Source: an uncultured Elusimicrobium sp. (GTDB lineage: Bacteria > Elusimicrobiota > Elusimicrobia > Elusimicrobiales > UBA9959). Taken from it: a stretch of DNA of 54,354 nt. Of this stretch, positions 16,015-24,904 are shown in pieces. Both the position numbers and the translations under genes were made by a program. Location: assembly GCA_902783485.1 (NCBI GenBank), contig CACZRG010000099.1, forward strand, positions 1-54,354, given 5' to 3'. The notes beneath the pieces are model-generated. The model ran no database searches. It was not told the origin of the DNA and was given only the letters and a program-made list of their open reading frames with translations. Each line of letters begins with the position of its first letter. The first letter of the stretch is position 1.

Positions 16015-17085
16015 ATGAAAGCCTGGTTTCCTGCCCTGCTGACAGCACTGCTTGCACTCCCATATGCGGAGGCCGGGGCACTTGAGATTTTTCTTAACGA
16101 CAACCGCAGTGAAACAGGCACCATAGGCTTTGTTGACATAGACAGGGCTTTCAGATCATATTCCGGCACAAAGAACTCAAAAGATGAGATGAGCCGCGAA
16201 ATAAAGAAAAAAGAAGAAGCCATAGAAAAAAGACGGAAAAAAATATATGAACAGAAAGCCAGGGCGGCTAAACTCCGGCAGGAAAGGGAGCTGGCCGTTA
16301 TTCTGCCGGAAATGCTTGAGGCAAGACAGAAAACAGATGAGGCAGCAGAGAAATTAAGACAGGATGCCCAGACAATTGAACAGCAGAAAAAAGATCTGGC
16401 AAAACAAAGTGTGGAAGCCGAAAAACAGCGCTTCATAATAGAATCCAGGCAGCAGGGCCTGCCGGAAGACGCTATACAGGCCATGCTGAATGAGCGATAT
16501 CCGGCTGACAGCAGCAATACGGCAGGCACGTCAGATATATCCGCCACGACCACAGGGGCAGACACAGCTGTTTCAACAGGGGCATTATCCGCTGTATCTT
16601 CGGAAAACGGAAGAAACTCCAGCCAGACGGAACTATATTCACCCGGAACAGGCAGGGAAATGGAAGCTTATGAAAGCATCCCACTTCCTGATATGCCATT
16701 AAGCCCGTACGGCAAAGAAGCAGAAGAAGTAAGGAACGCACCGGCATACAGACTAAATGTTCCCGGCATAGGGGATTTCTCTTTTACCGTATCTACCGAG
16801 CCCGCAAAAATAGCGGAGGAAATAAAATCACTGGAAGTTAAAATACAAAACAGTGAAGAAGAACTTGCAGATTTCGAGAAAAAGGCAGAAATGGAACTTG
16901 CCGAATACGAGGAAGCCAGCACACGCCAACTTCTGGGTAAAATTTATACTGCGCTGAAAAAACTGTCAGAGCAGGAAGAAATAAGCGTAGTAGTAGACAA
17001 ACGCAATATATTATATGGAAAGAAAACAGTGGATCTAACAGAAAAACTTCTGTTTCTTTTAGAGACACCGGAGGAAGAAGAATGA
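16015..17085 (+). CDS. Skp/OmpH-like periplasmic chaperone, unusually long
   Basis: It sits between bamA and lpxD and has a signal peptide. Lys/Glu-rich coiled segments flank a Ser/Thr/Ala-rich insert, giving 356 aa. Skp proteins are about 170 aa as I recall. Confidence 0.6.
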   Translation: MKAWFPALLTALLALPYAEAGALEIFLNDNRSETGTIGFVDIDRAFRSYSGTKNSKDEMSREIKKKEEAIEKRRKKIYEQKARAAKLRQERELAVILPEMLEARQKTDEAAEKLRQDAQTIEQQKKDLAKQSVEAEKQRFIIESRQQGLPEDAIQAMLNERYPADSSNTAGTSDISATTTGADTAVSTGALSAVSSENGRNSSQTELYSPGTGREMEAYESIPLPDMPLSPYGKEAEEVRNAPAYRLNVPGIGDFSFTVSTEPAKIAEEIKSLEVKIQNSEEELADFEKKAEMELAEYEEASTRQLLGKIYTALKKLSEQEEISVVVDKRNILYGKKTVDLTEKLLFLLETPEEEE

Positions 17086-18266
17086 GATTTTTTGTGGAGA
17101 TAATAGCAGAAAGACTGCATGGGGAACTGCAGGGCGATCCCAAAAGAATAATAGAAGGCGTTGCCCCCATAGAAAAAGCCGGGGAAAAAGATATTTCATT
17201 TCTGGCAGACCCGAAATTCCTTGAAGCAGCAAAAAACAGCAGAGCTGCCTGCATACTTGCCCCTGATACGGCAAAAAAAGAGCTGGAATCGTTCAAAAAC
17301 TGTGTTATATATGTAAAGAACCCAAGATATGCGTTCATGCTGCTGCTGCGCGAAGCAGAGAAGGCCATGCGCCCCATACATCCGGTCGGTATCGACGACA
17401 AAGCTGCGGTAAGCCCGGCTGCAATAATAGGGCACAGGGCACACGTTGGTCCATGCTGCACGGTTGAAGCCGGAGCCGAGATAGGCCCAGGAGCCATAAT
17501 AGAAGCCGGATGCTATATAGGTCATAATGTCAAAATAGGTGCAAGAACACGCCTTTATCCAGGTGTAAAAATAATGAACAGCTGCTCCGTAGGAGAAGAC
17601 TGCATACTGTTCCCTGGCGTTGTAATAGGCAGCGACGGTTTCGGCTATGTTTTCAACAACGGTGTCCATGAAAAAATTCCGCAGATAGGCCGCGTAATAA
17701 TAGGAAACAAGGTTGAAATAGGCGCAAACACCTGTATAGACAGGGCCGCCATGGAAACAACCAGAATAGGTGACGGCACAAAGATAGATAACCTGGTGCA
17801 CATAGCCCACAATGTACAGATAGGAAAAGGCTGCATAATCCTGGCACACAGCACCATAGCCGGATCTGTTGTTCTTGAGGATTATGTTACATTAAGCGGC
17901 CAGAGCTGCGTTGCCGACCATGTAAGAATAGGCGCAGGCGCTACGCTTATGGGTAAAAGCGGAGTAATGAGCGATGTGAAGCCCGGAGCACTGCTGTGCG
18001 GTTTCTTCGCCAAACCCCGCGCTGAAGCTTTCAAGATAGAAGTTCTGAAAGGCAAACTGCCGGAAATGTATAAAGAACTGAAAAAAATGAAAAAGATAAT
18101 TGAAAAATTATGCCCAGAGGAAGCCGCTGCTCTTGAAAAAACAACAGACATAGGACAGAAACCAGCACTTCCTGCAAGACCTCCGGAAAAGCCACCGGTA
18201 CCTTTAAAAACAGAAACAGAGAACATAGAAACAAAGCCTTCAGTTTACTCTCCGGAGAACAAATAA
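17082..18266 (+). CDS. lpxD: UDP-3-O-acylglucosamine N-acyltransferase LpxD
   Basis: The N-terminal LpxD-type domain is followed by a long left-handed beta-helix of hexapeptide repeats. It has a Pro-rich C-terminal extension of about 50 aa. Confidence 0.9.
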   Translation: MRFFVEIIAERLHGELQGDPKRIIEGVAPIEKAGEKDISFLADPKFLEAAKNSRAACILAPDTAKKELESFKNCVIYVKNPRYAFMLLLREAEKAMRPIHPVGIDDKAAVSPAAIIGHRAHVGPCCTVEAGAEIGPGAIIEAGCYIGHNVKIGARTRLYPGVKIMNSCSVGEDCILFPGVVIGSDGFGYVFNNGVHEKIPQIGRVIIGNKVEIGANTCIDRAAMETTRIGDGTKIDNLVHIAHNVQIGKGCIILAHSTIAGSVVLEDYVTLSGQSCVADHVRIGAGATLMGKSGVMSDVKPGALLCGFFAKPRAEAFKIEVLKGKLPEMYKELKKMKKIIEKLCPEEAAALEKTTDIGQKPALPARPPEKPPVPLKTETENIETKPSVYSPENK

Positions 18267-19102
18267 TGTCCAGGAAAACCATAAAAAAAGAAGCTTTTAT
18301 CGAAGGTATTGGGCTGCATACCGGTAATGCCGCGAAAGCAGTTTTTCACCCGGCACATGGAACAGGTATCAGATTCACCGGCCCTGGTTTCACCCGGCCT
18401 GTACGTGCACTGCTGTCCTCCGTTTCAGGAACTGTACGTGGCACAACTATTACAGACGGGACACATTTCATACATACGGTTGAGCATATTCTGTGTGCGG
18501 CATCAGCCCTCGGCATAGATGACCTGGATATAGAAATAACAGGAGAAGAACCGCCAATAGCAGACGGTTCAGCCAAACCTTTCGCAGATATTATCATGCA
18601 GGCCGGAATACAGGAAACAGCCGGAGAGCCGGATATACGCCGTATAACAGTTCCCGTAGAGGCTTCTTTTGGAGATGTTACATACCGCGCTGTTCCTGTG
18701 GAGAAAGGATTCAGGGTTTCGCTTGTTTATGAAAACCCGCATCCGCTTGTAGGCCGGCTGCATATAGAACAGGATATAAACCCTGAAACATTTCTTGCTG
18801 AAATAGCCCCTGCAAGGACTTTTGGCTATGATTTTGAACTTGATATGCTACGCAAGGCAGGGCTGGCAAAAGGCGGCTCACTCAAAAATGCGCTTGTCAT
18901 AACAAATAAGGAAATACTGGCGGATGGCGGCCTGCGCTATCCTGATGAACTTGTCCGGCACAAACTTCTTGATTTTCTCGGAGACATGGCTCTTTCAGGC
19001 TGGCGGCCGGAAGGAGTATTTATAGAAGCGGTACGATGCGGACACTCCGGCAATGTAAAATTCGCCAGACTTCTTGAGGAAAAAAACAGCAGACAGATTT
19101 AA
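18266..19102 (+). CDS. lpxC: UDP-3-O-acyl-N-acetylglucosamine deacetylase LpxC
   Basis: Diagnostic motifs GIGLHTG, HTVEHILCAASALGIDDLDIEITGEEPPIADGSAKPF and HKLLDFLGDMAL. Confidence 0.9.
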   Translation: MSRKTIKKEAFIEGIGLHTGNAAKAVFHPAHGTGIRFTGPGFTRPVRALLSSVSGTVRGTTITDGTHFIHTVEHILCAASALGIDDLDIEITGEEPPIADGSAKPFADIIMQAGIQETAGEPDIRRITVPVEASFGDVTYRAVPVEKGFRVSLVYENPHPLVGRLHIEQDINPETFLAEIAPARTFGYDFELDMLRKAGLAKGGSLKNALVITNKEILADGGLRYPDELVRHKLLDFLGDMALSGWRPEGVFIEAVRCGHSGNVKFARLLEEKNSRQI

Positions 19103-19113
19103 GGAGATAATTT

Positions 19114-19935
19114 ATGTCATCTATACATCCCACAGCAAAAATACATTCAACGGCAATAATACACGAAAGTGCAGAGATTGCCAGAGATGTGGAAATCGGG
19201 CCTTACACTGTAATCGGTGAAGATGTTCAGATAGGTGAGGGAACAAAAATAGGTCCTCACTGCATATTTGAATTCTGCACCATAGGAAAGAACAATCTTT
19301 TTACCGGCGCCGCCTATGTCGGCATGCCACCGCAGGACTGGTCATATCACGGCGAACACACACGCTTTGTGATGGGAGACAACAATGTCATTCGCGAAAG
19401 CGTAACTTTCCACCGTGGCTCAACAGCCACAAATCTCACTTCCGTAGGCAATGGCTGTATGTTCATGGCAAACTCCCATGTGGCTCATGACGGCAGAATA
19501 GGCAATAATGTAATTCTGGTAAACTGCTCGTCTCCGGCCGGACATGTGCACATTGACGACCGGGCTACTATTTCCGGTCTATGCGGCATACATCAGTTCG
19601 TAAGAATTGGAAAACTGGCCATGGTTTCCGGTGGCGGCATGGTAAGCCAGGATATAATTCCTTATGTTACCGCCAAATCAAATCCCGCCCGTCCCTTCCG
19701 TCTTAATTTAGTCGGAATGAAACGTGCCGGAATGACCAGGGAGCAGATACAGGCTGTAAAGCATGTTTATAAAACCCTTTTCTTCGAACATCTGCTTCTG
19801 GATGAAGCCATAGCCAGACTCCGCGCGGAAAACCTTCCGCCTGAAGCCACGCTGATGCTGGACTTCATAGAAGCCTCAAAACGTGGAATAGCACGCCCCA
19901 GGGCAATACGCGGCACAGCAGACTCAGAAGAATGA
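19114..19935 (+). CDS. lpxA: acyl-ACP--UDP-N-acetylglucosamine O-acyltransferase LpxA
   Basis: IHPTAKIHSTAIIH hexapeptide repeats with a helical C-terminal domain. 273 aa, located in the lpx cluster. Confidence 0.9.
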   Translation: MSSIHPTAKIHSTAIIHESAEIARDVEIGPYTVIGEDVQIGEGTKIGPHCIFEFCTIGKNNLFTGAAYVGMPPQDWSYHGEHTRFVMGDNNVIRESVTFHRGSTATNLTSVGNGCMFMANSHVAHDGRIGNNVILVNCSSPAGHVHIDDRATISGLCGIHQFVRIGKLAMVSGGGMVSQDIIPYVTAKSNPARPFRLNLVGMKRAGMTREQIQAVKHVYKTLFFEHLLLDEAIARLRAENLPPEATLMLDFIEASKRGIARPRAIRGTADSEE

Positions 19936-19948
19936 ACAGGAATAGGGC

Positions 19949-20788
19949 ATGACTGAAAGAATAGGTCTTATATGCGGCGCAGGAGAGTTCCCGGTTCTGC
20001 TGGCAAAAGGGGCCATAAAAGCCGGCAGGGAGGTAGTAACAGTCGGCTTTAAAGGCATAACCCCTCCGGATATTGAAGAATATTCCGTAGCAGTGGAATA
20101 TTTCCGGCTCGGCAAAATCAGTGATCCGATAAAATTCATGAAAAACAACGGTGTCCGCCGGGTTGTAATGGCGGGCTCCGTGCCGCATGTATCAATATTC
20201 GGCGGAATCATGCCGGATCTCCGGGCAATAAAAATACTTGCAACACTGAAAGACAAAAAAGCAAATTCCCTGCTGGGAACAATAGCGGACGAGTTAAAAA
20301 AAGACGGACTGGAACTTATAAATTCGGCAACATTTCTCGAAGACATGATAGCAAAACCAGGTCTTGTATGTGGCAGTAAATTAACCGCCGACCAGAAGGC
20401 CGCAGCAGCATACGGCTGGAAAGCTGCAAAAACCATAGCGGAGCTGGACATAGGACTTACAGTGGTGCTACGCGAAAAAATAGTATATGCCGTAGAAGGG
20501 CAGGAGGGGACAGACCGCTGCATACTACGCGCCGGGGAACTTATGAAGCAGAGTGGCGACAAAGGTCGTCTTATGGTAGTTAAAGTAGCGAGACCCGGGC
20601 AGGACATGCGCTTTGATCTTCCTGTAGCAGGAATACCAACCCTGAAAACCATGGAGAAAGCCGGAGCTTCCATATTGGTACTGGAAGCCGGCAGGACACT
20701 TATATTCAATCCTGATGCCTTTGCTGCCGAAGCAGAAAAAGCCGGCATAACAGTATTTGCCGCTGAAAGCATTGAAGATCTGAATTAA
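19949..20788 (+). CDS. lpxI: UDP-2,3-diacylglucosamine pyrophosphatase LpxI (DUF1009 family)
   Basis: N-terminal IGLICGAGEFPVLLA resembles the LpxI GGGxLP start. The size (279 aa) and the position directly after lpxA both fit. Confidence 0.7.
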   Translation: MTERIGLICGAGEFPVLLAKGAIKAGREVVTVGFKGITPPDIEEYSVAVEYFRLGKISDPIKFMKNNGVRRVVMAGSVPHVSIFGGIMPDLRAIKILATLKDKKANSLLGTIADELKKDGLELINSATFLEDMIAKPGLVCGSKLTADQKAAAAYGWKAAKTIAELDIGLTVVLREKIVYAVEGQEGTDRCILRAGELMKQSGDKGRLMVVKVARPGQDMRFDLPVAGIPTLKTMEKAGASILVLEAGRTLIFNPDAFAAEAEKAGITVFAAESIEDLN

Positions 20789-20803
20789 TACGGTATACAA
20801 GGC

Positions 20804-21502
20804 ATGGAAAACAAAAACATTAAAGAATTTTTCCGCAATCTCCTGCTGAAAACAGTAGGTACAGCAGGCGCTCTTGCCATACGCATTCTTATGTCTGCAT
20901 CAGGAACAGGCATGAAAGGCGAATGGGGAAACGGCGGAAAACCATGCATATACGCGCTGTGGCATAACAGACAGCTTCTTCATATAGGAATGCATCGTGA
21001 TGAAGGCCTGTGCGCTCTTGCGAGCGCCAGCAGGGACGGTGATTATATAGCGGCAATACTGGAAAAACTGGGTTATAATATAGTCCGCGGATCAACAGAT
21101 ACAAACAAAGGCAGTTATAAAAAAAGTCTTTCCGCCGCACGGTCAATGATCAGAACGCTGAAAAGCGGCAGAAGCGTGGCTGTTACTGTAGATGGCCCTC
21201 TTGGGCCTAAGTATTCAGTACAGCATGGTGTTATCTTTCTTGCCAGAATGACAGGCTGTCCTATTATTCCTACAGCAGCAGCCTCAAGTGCCAGAATAAA
21301 ACTCGGTACCTGGGACAATTTTGAAATTCCTCTGCCATTCGGAAGAATCGCCATAGTAAATGCTGAACCATACACAATCCCCGGTGATTCAGATCAGGAG
21401 GCTGAAGCTGAAAAGCTCAGGCAAAAGCTGATACAGCTTACGGAGGAAGCCGAAAAAACAATCAGTGCTGGTACGAAGACAGATAACCACAGTCAGCCCT
21501 GA
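20804..21502 (+). CDS. DUF374-type lysophospholipid acyltransferase family protein
   Basis: Motifs WHNRQLL, SRDGDYIA and VDGPLGP are typical of the DUF374 family often linked to Kdo/lipid A genes. Confidence 0.6.
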   Translation: MENKNIKEFFRNLLLKTVGTAGALAIRILMSASGTGMKGEWGNGGKPCIYALWHNRQLLHIGMHRDEGLCALASASRDGDYIAAILEKLGYNIVRGSTDTNKGSYKKSLSAARSMIRTLKSGRSVAVTVDGPLGPKYSVQHGVIFLARMTGCPIIPTAAASSARIKLGTWDNFEIPLPFGRIAIVNAEPYTIPGDSDQEAEAEKLRQKLIQLTEEAEKTISAGTKTDNHSQP

Positions 21503-21544
21503 TTTCCAGCAGCTTCAATACATTTTCAATACAAGGTTCTTGAC

Positions 21545-22048
21545 ATGAAACAGAAAACAGCAGTGTATTCAGGAAGTTTCGACCCGGTGCATTTCGGACA
21601 TCTGGACATGATAGAGCGGGCCTCCAAAGTTGTTGACAGGCTTATTGTAAGCATATTCAACAATCCGGCAAAAAAATGTCTTTTCACCGTAGCAGAACGT
21701 AAAGCCATGCTGGAACAGCTGCTGAAAGGACACTCAAATATAACCGTAGACTGCTTCGAAGGACTGCTGGTAAACTATCTGCGCAGCAAAAATCTCAGGG
21801 TTGTTATACGCGGTCTGCGCGCAGTAACAGATCTTGATTATGAATTCCAGATAGCAGCAACAAACAGAACACTGTTTCCTGACATAGAAACACTTTTTCT
21901 TATGCCCCGGCAACGTTACACATATCTTTCATCAAGCGCCGTACGTGAGGTTGCAGCCTTTCACGGTGACCTGACAAAACTTGTACCGCCGCTTGTTGCC
22001 ACACAGCTCAAAAGAAAATTTCCTGAAAGAAGTGATAATCAGTTATGA
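21545..22048 (+). CDS. coaD: phosphopantetheine adenylyltransferase
   Basis: AVYSGSFDPVHFGHLDMIERA (the HxGH-type nucleotidyltransferase motif) and 167 aa. Confidence 0.9.
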   Translation: MKQKTAVYSGSFDPVHFGHLDMIERASKVVDRLIVSIFNNPAKKCLFTVAERKAMLEQLLKGHSNITVDCFEGLLVNYLRSKNLRVVIRGLRAVTDLDYEFQIAATNRTLFPDIETLFLMPRQRYTYLSSSAVREVAAFHGDLTKLVPPLVATQLKRKFPERSDNQL

Positions 22049-23076
22049 AAAACATTTTATCATTTGCCCTGATGTTTTTTTCCCTCTCCATTCCTTGTAT
22101 ATCCGTGGCGGAAGACCTTATTCCTTATCCGGACGGCAAAGGCAGATGGGGCTACTGTGATAAAAAATCAGACATTAAAATACCACCCCGGTACGATGCA
22201 GTCAGGCCGTTCACAAATGGGACAGGTATCGGTTTCAGGAATCCGTATACTGTTTTCATTTCTACGGACGGAACTGAAATACTGAAAGGACGCTGGCAGG
22301 ACGTACGGTTAAGTGACAATCACGGCTTCCCGGTAAAAATACGCGGGTTATGGGGCTATTCCGACCCGGAAGGCCGGATTATCTTTCCCACAGAATATGA
22401 TGAATTCTATAATTTTCATGGTGATTATGCTCCTGCCAGAAAAGACGGAACATACGGATTCGTAAACTTTAAGACAGGTGCTTTCACACCCTGTGGCTGC
22501 GATTCACTAACGCCTTTTTCCGAGGGATATGCGGTATTTGGCAGAAACGGCAGATACGGACTTTTTGATTCAAATGCGGAAGAGGTTTTTCCACCAGCGT
22601 TCGAAGAACTGTACCCTTTCTCCGGAGGATTCGCCACAGCGAGGCTCAACGGCAAATACGGTTTTGTTACAGACAAACTTCTGTTCAAGGAACGCGATTA
22701 CATAAGGATATGGCCTTTTTCCGGAGGTTTCGCAGCGGCTTCCGCACTGGATTCAGATAATAAATGCGGATACATAGACCATGATGGAACAGTTTCTGCT
22801 GAATTCATATACGCTGAATGCGGGCCTTTCTCTGAAGGTATGGCAGCCGTAAGAAAGACGAAAAACGGAAAATGGGGATATATAGATACAAAAGGACGGG
22901 AAATGACGGAATTTACATATGATCACGCATGGCCTTTCATAAATGGAGCTGCATGGACCGTTATAGGCGAAAAAGGAATATGGATAAATAATGAAGGCCG
23001 CCCTTATGACAAGTTTTTTAAACTGAAAAAGATAACAGACAGAAGGATAAAAAAGAGTGAGTCTTCCGGAAAATAA
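22045..23076 (+). CDS. WG-repeat (KWG-type) protein, exported
   Basis: Signal peptide present. Repeated GRWGY / GLWGY / GTYGFV / GRYGLFD / GKYGFV / KCGYID / GKWGYID motifs occur at roughly 30-aa spacing. Confidence 0.7.
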   Translation: MKNILSFALMFFSLSIPCISVAEDLIPYPDGKGRWGYCDKKSDIKIPPRYDAVRPFTNGTGIGFRNPYTVFISTDGTEILKGRWQDVRLSDNHGFPVKIRGLWGYSDPEGRIIFPTEYDEFYNFHGDYAPARKDGTYGFVNFKTGAFTPCGCDSLTPFSEGYAVFGRNGRYGLFDSNAEEVFPPAFEELYPFSGGFATARLNGKYGFVTDKLLFKERDYIRIWPFSGGFAAASALDSDNKCGYIDHDGTVSAEFIYAECGPFSEGMAAVRKTKNGKWGYIDTKGREMTEFTYDHAWPFINGAAWTVIGEKGIWINNEGRPYDKFFKLKKITDRRIKKSESSGK

Positions 23077-23162
23077 ATTCTTTCAATTATTGATTATATT
23101 ATTATAGAATATAAGAACGCCCTTTCCCGGGCATCCATTTATTTTTATTTGAGGTGAGAAGC

Positions 23163-24023
23163 ATGGCAGAAAAAAATTTAGCAGAAATAGGAGTGATCGG
23201 CGGAACCGGTCTTTATGCAATAGAAGGTCTTTCCGACATACGTGAAGTAGAAATAGACACTCCTTTCGGCAAACCCTCTGACAATCTCATTTACGGGAAA
23301 CTGTCAGGAATACCGGTTGTGTTTCTTCCCCGGCACGGCCGCAAACACGCTTTTCTTCCCGGAGAGATAAACCAGCGCGCCAATATGTGGGCGCTTAAAT
23401 CCGTTGGAGTAAAAACGGTTATATCTGCAAGCGCCGTAGGCTCACTGAAAGAGGAAATAGCCCCTACGCATTTCTGCATCCCGGACCAGTTTGTTGACGA
23501 AACAAAAGGCCGTGTTTCTACATTCTTCGGCGACGGAATAGTAGGCCATGTACCCATGGCACACCCGTTCTGCACAGAACTGCAGAAAATGATATACGAT
23601 GAGGCAGTAAAATTAGGAATCACAGTGCACATGGGCGGAACATACTGCTGCATGGAAGGCCCGCAGTTCTCAACCAGAGCCGAATCCGAAATGCACCGTA
23701 AACTTGGCTATTCCGTAATCGGAATGACCATGGCCACAGAAGCAAAACTCGCCCGTGAGGCCGGCTTCCATTACGCTCCGGTTTCCATGATAACAGATTA
23801 CGATGCTTGGAAAGACGAGGAAGAAGTTTCACAGGAACTCGTAAGCGAAAGAATGAAAACAAATATTCTTCATATGAGAGCATTGCTTATAAAGATAATC
23901 CCTCTCATCGCCAAAACATCGTGCAGGGATGCCTGCGACAAGATGACAAAAGGCTGCATGCTTACTCATAAAGAGAATTTCCCGCAGGAAACTTACGACA
24001 GACTCCGCCTCATTATCGGCTGA
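23163..24023 (+). CDS. mtnP: S-methyl-5'-thioadenosine phosphorylase
   Basis: IGVIGGTGLY and FLPRHG motifs, a purine nucleoside phosphorylase fold pattern, and a Cys-containing C-terminal tail. I prefer the ATG at 23163, preceded by GAGGTGAG, over the GTG at 23154. Confidence 0.85.
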   Translation: MAEKNLAEIGVIGGTGLYAIEGLSDIREVEIDTPFGKPSDNLIYGKLSGIPVVFLPRHGRKHAFLPGEINQRANMWALKSVGVKTVISASAVGSLKEEIAPTHFCIPDQFVDETKGRVSTFFGDGIVGHVPMAHPFCTELQKMIYDEAVKLGITVHMGGTYCCMEGPQFSTRAESEMHRKLGYSVIGMTMATEAKLAREAGFHYAPVSMITDYDAWKDEEEVSQELVSERMKTNILHMRALLIKIIPLIAKTSCRDACDKMTKGCMLTHKENFPQETYDRLRLIIG

Positions 24024-24074
24024 TAAACAGAGGCCTGACAACAGAACAGCAAAAAGTCAAAACGGAGAAACACC

Positions 24075-24500
24075 ATGACGAATATCGACCAGGAAACAAA
24101 GGAAAAACTGATTAACGGTGCCATTGAGGCACGCAAGAAATCATACAGCCCGTATTCCAGATATCCAGTGGGCGCCGCCGTAATAGCCGGTTCCGGTAAA
24201 ATGTATACAGGCTGCAACATAGAAAATTCCTCCTTCGGGCTCACCAACTGCGCTGAAAGAACCGCCATATTCAAAGCGGTAAGCGAAGGTGAAAAAAGAA
24301 TTCTCGCTATAGCAATAGCGGCCAAGGCCTCTGCGCCTTGTGGCGCATGCCGCCAGGTGCTTTCCGAATTTGCAGCCGCAGAAATTCCCGTAATATTAGT
24401 AAATCTTGATGATAAAAAAGGTACAAAAGAAATACAGGAATTAACACTTGGGCAGCTGCTGCCTTTTTCCTTCAATCAGGAAGACGCCGGTCTCTGCTGA
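24075..24500 (+). CDS. cdd: cytidine deaminase
   Basis: Zinc-ligand motifs CAERTAIF and PCGACRQ. 141 aa. Confidence 0.9.
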   Translation: MTNIDQETKEKLINGAIEARKKSYSPYSRYPVGAAVIAGSGKMYTGCNIENSSFGLTNCAERTAIFKAVSEGEKRILAIAIAAKASAPCGACRQVLSEFAAAEIPVILVNLDDKKGTKEIQELTLGQLLPFSFNQEDAGLC

Positions 24501-24513
24501 CACCGGAGCTGTT

Positions 24514-24891
24514 ATGGATGTTACAACACTTACCGCTTTAAGCAAATGGATGGAAGATACTGACCTCGATGAAGTCACATGGCGTCACGGAAAAGACAGT
24601 ATAAGTTTGAAAACCGGAAACATACAGTCGGAATCCTGTGTGCCGGTTTCCAGGCTTCAGCCTGTTCTTTCACCTTCAGTCGGAATTTTCCGTTCCTCCG
24701 TACCGGGACATACCAGTAATCTTCAGGAAGGCTCAAAAACAGACAAGGGGGCAGAATTGGGCTGGATAGAAACAGGAAAGAACAGAGAATCTGTGCAGTC
24801 CCCATGTGCCGGCATATTAAAAATCATAGCCATAAAGGACGGACAGGCCGCCGAATACGGACAGCCTCTTTTTTTCGTAGAGACTGAATAA
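24514..24891 (+). CDS. accB: biotin carboxyl carrier protein-like (AccB) with non-canonical biotinyl-Lys context
   Basis: N-terminal MDVTTLTALSKWMEDTDLDEVTW resembles the BCCP N-terminus. SPSVGIFR and the C-terminal hairpin GAELGWIETGKNRESVQSPCAGILKII...GQPLFFVE align with BCCP [28 protein letters not shown]...DEPLVVIE. The ATG at 24514 is preferred over 24448, which overlaps cdd. Confidence 0.7.
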   Translation: MDVTTLTALSKWMEDTDLDEVTWRHGKDSISLKTGNIQSESCVPVSRLQPVLSPSVGIFRSSVPGHTSNLQEGSKTDKGAELGWIETGKNRESVQSPCAGILKIIAIKDGQAAEYGQPLFFVETE

Positions 24892-24904
24892 AACCGGAAG
24901 AATC

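Noticed and set aside
19924-20772. A 282-aa antisense ORF covering essentially all of lpxI.
   Set aside because: Its product is low-complexity and Ser/Ala/Pro-rich with no motifs. The sense strand has LpxI-like features and fits the lpx operon. The long antisense frames at 15990..16565, 16838..17497 and 17196..17849 were rejected for the same reason.
24448-24513. The longer accB start at 24448 given by the ORF track.
   Set aside because: It would overlap cdd by 53 nt and add a Cys/Pro-rich, non-BCCP-like N-terminus. The Met at 24514 begins a sequence matching the BCCP N-terminal pattern.
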